DNA of 64,000 nucleotides from Candidatus Poribacteria bacterium (GTDB lineage: Bacteria; Poribacteria; WGA-4E; PCPOR2b), in NCBI GenBank assembly GCA_965198175.1, contig OZ240245.1, forward strand, positions 2,144,001 through 2,208,000, given 5' to 3'. The notes under the pieces are model-generated. The model worked only from the letters and a program-made list of their open reading frames with translations, made no database searches and was not told where the DNA came from. Below, piece after piece: positions 54,241-62,199 of the stretch. Each line of letters begins with the position of its first letter. The first letter of the stretch is position 1. Made by a program: the position numbers and the translations under genes.

Positions 54241-54846
54241 ATGTTCAGGCACAAAGTAACATCACTAGCGATTCTCGTTGTTCTAAGTTTGTTAGTTCAA
54301 AATGTAGACGCGCACCTCCCAAATTACACTATAGACCCGATCGTAAGTGTAGAAGTGGTGACGACGGGAGACCCTTGCGTCCTAGAAATGATTTGTAGTG
54401 CTAGTTGCACCTTTTATACCGGAACGCATTCTAGTAATGAAAGTCATTTACACCACGCCAATGCCCTTTTGCAAGTTTATGTATATCCCCCTGGTGGTTA
54501 TCCGAATATGCCGCACCCGCGCAGTGTATTCGACATTAAGCTACGTTCTAAGGAATTAAGGGGACAAAGAAATTGGATCGCACCGACGTTGAGGATTTCA
54601 AGAACAATAGGCCAAGGCGAATGTTTGACCGTAGGCGCCGTTTCAAGAGGAGTAATATGGACTAGCGGACAGCTAGACCATAAATATAGTCCGACGGCTC
54701 AGGGTCGTCAGACCTATGGTAACCTAGGCGCCGCACCCGGTGTGGGCTTCAATCAAAAAAGGCTAGCTTCTGAAAAGGGGATGCCCGGGGCATCCCCTTT
54801 TTCTTTAGTTTTTGAACCTGCCGAAAAATATGGAGGTGTATTATGA
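54241..54846 (+). CDS. Secreted His1 protein C (short form; sorting tail out of frame)
   Basis: GGAGG RBS; VDA|H; GTHSSNESHLH; WASIKKG* in a shifted frame at 54743-54766. Confidence 0.72.
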   Translation: MFRHKVTSLAILVVLSLLVQNVDAHLPNYTIDPIVSVEVVTTGDPCVLEMICSASCTFYTGTHSSNESHLHHANALLQVYVYPPGGYPNMPHPRSVFDIKLRSKELRGQRNWIAPTLRISRTIGQGECLTVGAVSRGVIWTSGQLDHKYSPTAQGRQTYGNLGAAPGVGFNQKRLASEKGMPGASPFSLVFEPAEKYGGVL

Positions 54847-55607
54847 GATTCTTTTGGGTACGCTTCAAAGCGCTTGGAGCCTTTGGACTGGATTCAATTC
54901 GTTCGCTGGAATACGCGTTGATTTTATCTCTGTGTTTCTGTTCGGTGTGGGGGTGCGGCGAGAACGACCTCCTCAACGGGCAACATCGGGATTGCAGTTT
55001 TCAAAACCCCCCGAATCCTAACGACACCAATATCCCGCCCGACTGCATTAAATTCAACTCCGGGCCCATCACTGCCAACCAATCGTCCCAGCGGCGAGTC
55101 GAGGCAATGGTGAAATTGAACGCTTGGGAAAAGGGACTTTTTGTTCACCATTCAGAGCCTTTTAATTATGTTTTGGGGGACCACACCGGACCCAAATACG
55201 TGGCGTGGATGGAGATCTATCAAGAAACACCCGACCTCGGCATTGGCTGGGGTTTTGCGTTAAGCATCGGTACCGAGGTACAAGAACTCTCATGGCACAG
55301 AGCAAATATTGAACCCCCATGGGATTTTGATGGGGATGGCGACTTCGATCACGACGATCAGCAGGTCCTTTCATATAACATCTACCGTCACATTAGATAT
55401 CGGGAACCTTTAATCGCCAAAGATTTAATTGTCATTGACAGCCGAAGCGGCTATCCCACTGACCACCAATACAACGATTTGGTAGTGGTGCTTGACCGAG
55501 AAACCGCTCCCCGAGCTGGCGATGAATTGATGAGAAAAGTGGCGATGTTGGAGTGCAAACGGGCAAAGGAATGGGGCGAGTGCCGGGAATCCGATTACAC
55601 CGACTGA
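54843..55607 (+). CDS. Lipoprotein partner C
   Basis: VWGC|GEND lipobox; DFDGDGDFD Ca-binding-like loop; IVID..G.P...Y...APRAGDE shared with partners B and D. Confidence 0.75.
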   Translation: MRFFWVRFKALGAFGLDSIRSLEYALILSLCFCSVWGCGENDLLNGQHRDCSFQNPPNPNDTNIPPDCIKFNSGPITANQSSQRRVEAMVKLNAWEKGLFVHHSEPFNYVLGDHTGPKYVAWMEIYQETPDLGIGWGFALSIGTEVQELSWHRANIEPPWDFDGDGDFDHDDQQVLSYNIYRHIRYREPLIAKDLIVIDSRSGYPTDHQYNDLVVVLDRETAPRAGDELMRKVAMLECKRAKEWGECRESDYTD

Positions 55608-55629
55608 GATTTTCCGGCTTCATGAGTGA

Positions 55630-55853
55630 TCCTGTGCACGTCTCGTGACAACTTTTCACGGTTTGCTGATTTTTTATCGCTTCAATAGCCACTTGTGCTT
55701 TTAATCGGCTATCGTACTGTTTTCTGTGATGCATGATATGGAAACTCCTTTCTTTTTCTCGGCGTTGCTGAGCCATATTTTCGCTCAGATGATAACCGTT
55801 TTGCCAGTCGGACTGCCACCTTGTTCAACTGTACAGTTTTTGGGGTAATTATA
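55630..55853 (-). mobile_element. IS3-family left-end fragment
   Basis: RKQYDSRLKAQVAIEAIKNQQTV orfA N-terminus; end-like TATAATTACCCCAAAAACTGTACAG. Confidence 0.6.
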
Positions 55854-55980
55854 GTTTGACGGCACTGGTTCCTTATCTACAGTTACCGAATCAGTAGCGT
55901 TACCCGCAGCAGCACCTCCCAGGCCCGAACCGCGCATTGGAACACTAACTACGACATGGGCATCAATGAAAAATGAGTAA
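55854..55980 (+). pseudogene. 3' remnant of a fourth His1-family secreted gene
   Basis: FDGTGSLSTVTESVALPAAAPPRPEPRIGTLTTTWASMKNE*, near-identical to 51411-51534. Confidence 0.8.
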
Positions 55981-56052
55981 ACTTCAATCATGATGAGGAA
56001 CGTCTAATGAGTTAGATGTTCCCCATTTGAAACCTACAAGGAGGCTTTTGCC

Positions 56053-56859
56053 ATGACACGCATATTGATTCTCACCGTAATTTTATCGATGTGCTTGGCT
56101 TGCAGCGAAACCGAAACGCCAATTCCGATAGAACCAAAGCCCATCGTCCAAATCGAAACCGAAATACCAATCCATTACGAAATCCCTGCTCACATTCCGC
56201 TTGCACTTGCAAAGCGTTATGCTAATCTTCAGGTAGACATGACTGAACCCGAATGGCAGGCGTCCCTTCAATACATTTACGACCTCTGTCAGGGAGACAC
56301 CCATCACACCGTCATTGACCTGCACTTGAAGCGTGCTGTCTCGGAGGGAGCATACAATCGCGCCAAAGATGTACCTCACCCCGCGGCTACGCATGACGAC
56401 CGCAGTCGAATCTTAGTGGCGTCTTGGTTTAAAGATCATAATGTAAAAGTCGCATTCGACCCTGACCCAACTGGGCTTAAAGTCATCTACTGGAGAGCGA
56501 GACACATAATACTGCTGGAGTTATACGAGGGAGAACCTGAACGAGGCTTGGGAGTGAGTAGCGGTCCCCTCGGAGGCCCTGCAGCCCCGTTGGACCACCC
56601 CATGAACGCAGCCGTATTGGATCAGATACTTGAGGACTGGGTGGAAAAAGGCGAGGTGAATACACCTGATGTTCCTGACAAGCACAAGCGTGAGCATACC
56701 GCCTACATTGTGATAGATAAAGCAGATGGTTTGCCGGTCGAACCGAAATACAAGGATTGGATAGTTCATTTTGACGATGCACCCCGTGCAACCGATGAGC
56801 AAATTGCGGAATACAACCACATACACAGTCCCGATGCCTATGACTGCGTCGAGGAATAG
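56053..56859 (+). CDS. Lipoprotein partner D (intact)
   Basis: MTRILILT.IL.MCLAC|SETETP as in partner B; conserved C-terminal end. Confidence 0.82.
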   Translation: MTRILILTVILSMCLACSETETPIPIEPKPIVQIETEIPIHYEIPAHIPLALAKRYANLQVDMTEPEWQASLQYIYDLCQGDTHHTVIDLHLKRAVSEGAYNRAKDVPHPAATHDDRSRILVASWFKDHNVKVAFDPDPTGLKVIYWRARHIILLELYEGEPERGLGVSSGPLGGPAAPLDHPMNAAVLDQILEDWVEKGEVNTPDVPDKHKREHTAYIVIDKADGLPVEPKYKDWIVHFDDAPRATDEQIAEYNHIHSPDAYDCVEE

Positions 56860-56900
56860 CGAAAGTAGGGCTAACGCCTGACCACAAGCCGCAACAGTAG

Positions 56901-56968
56901 GATCTACACATTTCGTGAAGATGAGGAGCCTGTATTTGACGGAACAGGCGCCTTATCCACAGTGACCG
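56901..56968 (+). repeat. Further fragment of the protein B coding sequence
   Basis: ATCTACAC.TTT.GTGAAGATGAGGAGCCTGT.TTTGACGG.ACAGG.GCCTTATC matches about 51378-51445. Confidence 0.75.
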
Positions 56969-57014
56969 CATTTGAATGATGTCTACTGATAATCCCAAGA
57001 AGGAGGAATACCCA

Positions 57015-57872
57015 ATGAAAACGTTAATTTCGACTTTACTGATGACCGCGTTGGTCACCGCTTTCTGCTCTGGAGAAGCCAAAGCAGCCGTAGACAAAGA
57101 CATAGTGCTTGCCATGCCGTTTGATGAAGGCAGAGGCGAAACTACCAAGGACCTCTCTCCCCACGGGAACCACGGCACGCTTAAAAGGAGAGCGAAATGG
57201 GGAGTTGGTAAATTTGGCAACGCCATACAGTTCGAGCCGGTTGGCTATGTGGATGCCGGAAATGATGAGAGTCTGAGTCTGTTTAAATCAGATTTCACGC
57301 TTGCCGTGTGGTTTAACTTGAACGAAACTGTCGGCAAATACGCCTTTATGGCTCAGGACGAAGGTCGCGGGGAAATGAACAAATGGATTCTTGGAATAAA
57401 TTTACCCGACTCAAATCCCGCCCTGACGAGTCTCGGTTTACATTCCACTGTCGTTATCAATCGAGACGGCGGCGTCACATTTATCAGTAAGAAAGAATCT
57501 GGACCCGGCGATTGGAACGCGAAGCCTAAGACATGGCGTCACTTCGCTGTGGTCCGAGAGAGGCACCTCACCACGACGTACACTGATGGCAAACAAAACG
57601 GGTGGCATAGAACTTCTATTGATCCCCACGAAGAGGACAACGTTATGGCAGAATTCATCAATGCACCGGTCGCAATCGGTTGGGCCGAACGACCCATTGC
57701 AATGGACGGACTTATTGACGAAGTCCTGATTGCGAGGCGAGCCTTCAGCGCTGAAGAGATTACAAAACACTTCCAAGGCGGCGTCAAAGGCGTGTTGGGG
57801 GTGTTGGCAGTTCAGCCCGAAGGGAAGTCCGCCGCCGCCTGGGGCGCCGTCAAGGCGAACATTCTGCACTGA
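57015..57872 (+). CDS. Secreted LamG-like jellyroll protein
   Basis: FDEG.G.T.KD.S..GNHG, GKFGNA, WRHFAVV, GLIDEV; tail AVQPEGKSAAAWGAVK. Confidence 0.88.
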   Translation: MKTLISTLLMTALVTAFCSGEAKAAVDKDIVLAMPFDEGRGETTKDLSPHGNHGTLKRRAKWGVGKFGNAIQFEPVGYVDAGNDESLSLFKSDFTLAVWFNLNETVGKYAFMAQDEGRGEMNKWILGINLPDSNPALTSLGLHSTVVINRDGGVTFISKKESGPGDWNAKPKTWRHFAVVRERHLTTTYTDGKQNGWHRTSIDPHEEDNVMAEFINAPVAIGWAERPIAMDGLIDEVLIARRAFSAEEITKHFQGGVKGVLGVLAVQPEGKSAAAWGAVKANILH

Positions 57873-58030
57873 GATTTTCAATCATAGACCTATTACCTAT
57901 TAAGGTGAAATAACCAATGAAAGCGTTACTTTTATCATGCCTAGTCAGAACATTACTTTCTCAGATTGAAAAAATCAAACTGCATAACGGTCTGCAGTGG
58001 TCATAAGATTTTTCTTAAGCAAGGCAGGAG

Positions 58031-58132
58031 TTAGAGCCTGTTTGAAAAGCAGCTAGCACAGCCATTGTTTAATCGTTTGAAAATCAACATCATTCAATAT
58101 ACAGGGATTTGGACCATTTGAACCGGCTCTAA
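58031..58132. mobile_element. About 100 bp MITE with IS5-like ends
   Basis: TTAGAGCCTGTTTGAAA ... TTTGAACCGGCTCTAA terminal inverted repeats, no ORF. Confidence 0.55.
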
Positions 58133-58204
58133 ATCCGAGGTTGGGCTCAAAAATTAGAAATCGAATCGATATACCCATAAACTCAAACATGGAGGATTAT
58201 TCCA

Positions 58205-60403
58205 ATGAAGAAAGCGATGTTTTTCAAGTTTAACCTATTATTCGTCTTCGCTCTATGTTTACCGCACAGCTTCGCCCAAGATTCTCCGCAATTGGGGCTG
58301 CCAGAGGGTGCTAAAACGCGCCTCGGTAAAGGAATTTTTAATCTGATACAGTATTCGCCCGACGGCACTCGCCTCGCGGTCGCCAGTGGTATCGGCACTT
58401 GGCTTTACGATGCGGCGACCCATCAAGAAGTCGCTCTGCTCACCGGGCACACGGGTAGGGTCTGGAGCGTATCGTTCAGTCCCGATGGACGCAAAATAGC
58501 TAGCGGGAGTTTGGACCGTACCGTCCGTCTGTGGGACACCGGTACAGGAGAACACCTGCACACGCTTACCAGGCATGTCGGCAGTGTCTATAGCGTTGCA
58601 TTCAGTCCCGATGGTCGCACCTTGGCTAGTGGAGGTGAGTCCCCTACCATCCACCTCTGGGACGCCGATACCGGAGAACACCTGCGTACGTTTACCGCCC
58701 ATACGGATGACGTTTGGAGCGTGGCGTTCAGTCCGGATGGTCGCACAATCGCCAGCGGAAGTTCGGATGAAACCATCCGTCTGTGGGATGCCGATACGGG
58801 CGAACGCTTGCGAACACTCAAGGGACATACGCATGCGGTCTGGAGCGTGGCGTTCAGTCCCGATGGTCGCACAATCGCCAGTGGGAGTTGGGACAAAACC
58901 GTCCGTTGGTGGGACGCTGATACGGGAAGACCCCTGCGAAAGCGCATCGGGCATACGGGTACGGTCTGGAGCGTTGCGTTCAGTCCCGATGGTCGCACCA
59001 TCGCTAGTGGGGGTAAGACCACTATCCGTCTGTGGAACGCCGATACCGGAAAACACCTGCAAACACTCATCGGGCATACGAATTATGTTAGGAGCGTTGC
59101 GTACAGCCCCGATGGACGCACCATCGCAAGCGGGAGTTGGGACAGTACCATCCGCCTGTGGGACGCAGATAAGGGAAAACAACTGCGAACGCTTGAGGGG
59201 CATACGGGTAGCGTCCATAGCGTTGCATTCAGTCCGGATGGCAGCACCATTGCTAGTGGGATTCGCGGTGACAGCACCATCCGACTGTGGGACGCAGATA
59301 AGGGAAAACAACTGCGAACGCTCACTGGGTCGGGTTGGGTCTATAGCGTAGCGTTCAGTCCCGATGGCGACACCATCGCTAGTGGGAGCTCCGACGATAC
59401 CATCCGATTATGGAACGCGCAAACGGGAGAACATCTACAGATGTTCATTGGGCATTTGGGGACGGTCTATAGCGTAGCGTTCAATCCCGAAGGCACCAGG
59501 TTAGCCAGCGGGGGTTGGGACGACACTATCCAGTTATGGGACCTCAACAAGGGAAAACACCGGCGAACGCTCACCGGGCATAGGAACCACGTCTATAGCG
59601 TTGCGTTCAGTCCCGATGGACGCACACTCGCTAGCGGGAGTTGGGACGACACTATCCGTCTGTGGAACGCCGGTGGTAAACATCTGCTAACGCTCAACGG
59701 GCACAGGAATCAGGTAAACGACATAGCGTTCAGCCCCGATGGACATACGATTGCTAGTGGGAGTTGGGACACTACCATTCGATTGTGGGACGTTGATACG
59801 GGAGTACACCTCCGCACGCTCAACGGGCATGCGTTTGGGGTCTATAGCGTCGCTTTCAGTCCTGATGGACGCACAATAGCTAGTGGAGGTCATGATGCCA
59901 CCGTCCGATTATGGGACGCCGACACAGGAGAACACCTCCGCACGCTCAACGGGCATACAGATGAGGTTCGCAGCGTTGCGTTTAGTCCCGACGGGCGCAC
60001 ACTCGCGAGTGGGAGCTGGGACGGCACGGTGTTGCTTTGGGAAGTTGCTTCTTCAATCCAATTAGCGGTGGAACCGTTGGCAAGACGCACCACGACTCTG
60101 GGAAACATCAAACGCACGGCGTTGCTGCAGAATTATCCGAATCCGTTCAACCCCGAAACTTGGATTCCTTATCAGTTGGCAAACGATTCACTCGTAACCT
60201 TGTGCATCTATGACCAGAGCGGTCGTATCGTCCGCACCCTCGACATTGGACGTCAAGTTTCAGGAGTCTACCGAGACAGAGCAAAAGCAGCGTATTGGGA
60301 TGGCCGCAACCAAACCGGAGAACCCGTCACGAGCGGCGCCTATTTCTATCAACTCCGTGCGGAGGATTACAGCGCGTTACGACGGATGGTAATTGTTAAG
60401 TAG
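58205..60403 (+). CDS. Secreted WD40-repeat protein with C-terminal FlgD-Ig/T9SS-CTD-like domain
   Basis: About 13 GH...SVAFSPDG..IASGS.D.TIRLWD repeats; LLQNYPNPFNPETWIPYQL...WDGRN..GE.V.SG.YFY. Confidence 0.92.
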   Translation: MKKAMFFKFNLLFVFALCLPHSFAQDSPQLGLPEGAKTRLGKGIFNLIQYSPDGTRLAVASGIGTWLYDAATHQEVALLTGHTGRVWSVSFSPDGRKIASGSLDRTVRLWDTGTGEHLHTLTRHVGSVYSVAFSPDGRTLASGGESPTIHLWDADTGEHLRTFTAHTDDVWSVAFSPDGRTIASGSSDETIRLWDADTGERLRTLKGHTHAVWSVAFSPDGRTIASGSWDKTVRWWDADTGRPLRKRIGHTGTVWSVAFSPDGRTIASGGKTTIRLWNADTGKHLQTLIGHTNYVRSVAYSPDGRTIASGSWDSTIRLWDADKGKQLRTLEGHTGSVHSVAFSPDGSTIASGIRGDSTIRLWDADKGKQLRTLTGSGWVYSVAFSPDGDTIASGSSDDTIRLWNAQTGEHLQMFIGHLGTVYSVAFNPEGTRLASGGWDDTIQLWDLNKGKHRRTLTGHRNHVYSVAFSPDGRTLASGSWDDTIRLWNAGGKHLLTLNGHRNQVNDIAFSPDGHTIASGSWDTTIRLWDVDTGVHLRTLNGHAFGVYSVAFSPDGRTIASGGHDATVRLWDADTGEHLRTLNGHTDEVRSVAFSPDGRTLASGSWDGTVLLWEVASSIQLAVEPLARRTTTLGNIKRTALLQNYPNPFNPETWIPYQLANDSLVTLCIYDQSGRIVRTLDIGRQVSGVYRDRAKAAYWDGRNQTGEPVTSGAYFYQLRAEDYSALRRMVIVK

Positions 60404-60855
60404 GACTACACTGTTGGGGTGATAAACCGAGTATTATTAAACACTGGTTTCTGAAATTGCTTCGAGTGCTATGATTAGATGCGACTGAGAGTATAAGCAC
60501 GTAGGTTGGGTTGAAAGGTTTACCCGCCTTGAAATTGTTGGCTGTTTTACATCTAGTTGTTGAAGGTTATAAGCAGGGCTGCCTTGTCAATCCTAAAATC
60601 CCGATTCAGACAAAATATGTGATATTGTGTGAGGTTTTGTGACATCCAACGAAGTTTCATCAAAACTGAAATCCTCTGAACCCCCACGAGAAGTGGACTT
60701 CAGCCAATCTCAAATAGATCGTATTTCACATCACGTGACACCTCACAAATATGTGATACAATGTGACATAAAATTAAGACTTAGCGCACACAATAAATCT
60801 TTGAAACTCCATTATAAGCGAGTTCGTGCAGGTTTCGTAGCCGAAAAATATCATA

Positions 60856-60902
60856 TCACAGGCTACCTCACAAAATGTGACATGGTGTGAGGTAGCCTGT
60901 GA
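60856..60902. repeat. Perfect 17-bp inverted repeat in a TGTGA-rich intergenic region
   Basis: TCACAGGCTACCTCACA-N13-TGTGAGGTAGCCTGTGA. Confidence 0.75.
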
Positions 60903-61307
60903 CATCGAGTTGAGGGTTGGGCAGGTCACAAACTAAAATAAAAAACGAGCACATTGTACAACGGACAAAATCTAATACTTGTCTATTTGCCCACGAGGGG
61001 GCTGTGGAATTTCTTCAAACCCAGAGGCTTTTACGTCTCTGGGCATTTTTGTCATTCCATACTGAATCCAAATGTTACAAAGATAGCTTTGTAGTGGCAT
61101 CCCTTCGCGTTGTTTATCTTCGAGCGCAGCGATGGGATCAAAGGTCGGCTTTCAATTGCTCTTTCTTGCAACGATTAAGAATCTGTATCAGATTGCATTC
61201 TTCCCTCCTTCTCAACATCACACCCAAAAAATCTCCGAATAAAAAAAGTGCGAATAAATTCCAAGAAATTTGCCTCTATTAGAGCATAGAGAAACCTTGC
61301 TGCTTTA

Positions 61308-61868
61308 ATGGCAATGAATATGGAAATTTCCGATGAAATCTTAGTTCAACACGCACAACAGGGAGTTGAACGCGCCTTCAGACAGCTAGTCCAGCGATAC
61401 AACGAACGCATCATCAATGTCTGCTTTCGGATCGTTGGAAACGATCAGGACGCTGAAGAAGCCGCGATGGACGCATTTCTGGCGTGTTATCAAAGACTCG
61501 GTAGCTTTGAAGGACGGTCGCGTTTTTCGACTTGGCTTTATCAGATTGCCCGGCGCTGTGCCTACAAACAGATTAGCAGACGTCCGCCGGAAAGTGAATC
61601 GATTAACGATCTGGAAATTCCAGAGGACCGTTTGACGATGCAGCCGGACAAAAATTTTCGAGAACGCGAAATCCGAGAAAAGGTTGAGCAGGCGGTTGCC
61701 TCACTACCGGATCACTTGAAAGAAGTCGTTATCTTCTTCTTCTTAGAGGGCCTTCCCTACCATGAAATCTCGGAAATTCTGGAGTGTCCAATCGGAACGG
61801 TTGCTTCGCGGATTAACGCCGCGCGTCAACTGTTACAGCGAAAACTTCAACCTTTTGTCGAGGAGTGA
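61308..61868 (+). CDS. ECF RNA polymerase sigma factor
   Basis: DAEEA..DAF, FEGRSRFSTWLYQIA, Y.EISEIL..PIGTV.SR. Confidence 0.92.
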   Translation: MAMNMEISDEILVQHAQQGVERAFRQLVQRYNERIINVCFRIVGNDQDAEEAAMDAFLACYQRLGSFEGRSRFSTWLYQIARRCAYKQISRRPPESESINDLEIPEDRLTMQPDKNFREREIREKVEQAVASLPDHLKEVVIFFFLEGLPYHEISEILECPIGTVASRINAARQLLQRKLQPFVEE

Positions 61869-61872
61869 AACC

Positions 61873-62184
61873 ATGGCAACTTTAGACCAGATACTCCTAC
61901 GTCTGCCCAGAAAAACGCCCCATGCTGATTTTGTGGACAGGTTTTTTGCGCAGATTCGCGGTAAAGGCACCTTAGCACCTGCACCATCTATAACCCATCA
62001 AGATCTATTTCTACTTGAGCCCGACTGGATTGAGTCAGCCCAATCGGCTATGCAGGAAGGTACAGAATTCATGCAGACTGAGTCCAATTTTCATCCACCA
62101 CCGGTATTGCAGAGAGGGTCATCTCCTGACATTTACCGGTTCACTAAGTTAGGTCCACCGAATTTTAACCGATTCAGCCCATGA
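61873..62184 (+). CDS. Small soluble protein, putative anti-sigma factor
   Basis: GAGGAG RBS; L..LP...P..DF..R pattern; directly after the ECF gene. Confidence 0.5.
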   Translation: MATLDQILLRLPRKTPHADFVDRFFAQIRGKGTLAPAPSITHQDLFLLEPDWIESAQSAMQEGTEFMQTESNFHPPPVLQRGSSPDIYRFTKLGPPNFNRFSP

Positions 62185-62199
62185 AAGGAGAAACTCACT

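Noticed and set aside
47682..56859. Cassette array as an integron with attC sites
   Set aside because: No integrase; cassettes carry their own promoters; the palindromes look like GTAG REPs and lack clear RYYYAAC/GTTRRRY ends
51378..56968. Repeat pairs as a diversity-generating retroelement TR/VR
   Set aside because: No reverse transcriptase in the window, and differences are mostly third-position rather than adenine-specific
58259..59351. Long overlapping ORFs (350, 258, 160 aa) within the WD40 gene
   Set aside because: Shadow frames produced by the 42-codon repeat; no RBS or recognisable motifs
58440..60040. About 126-bp periodic repeats as a possible CRISPR array
   Set aside because: They are coding WD40 repeats with synonymous variation; no repeat-spacer structure and no cas genes
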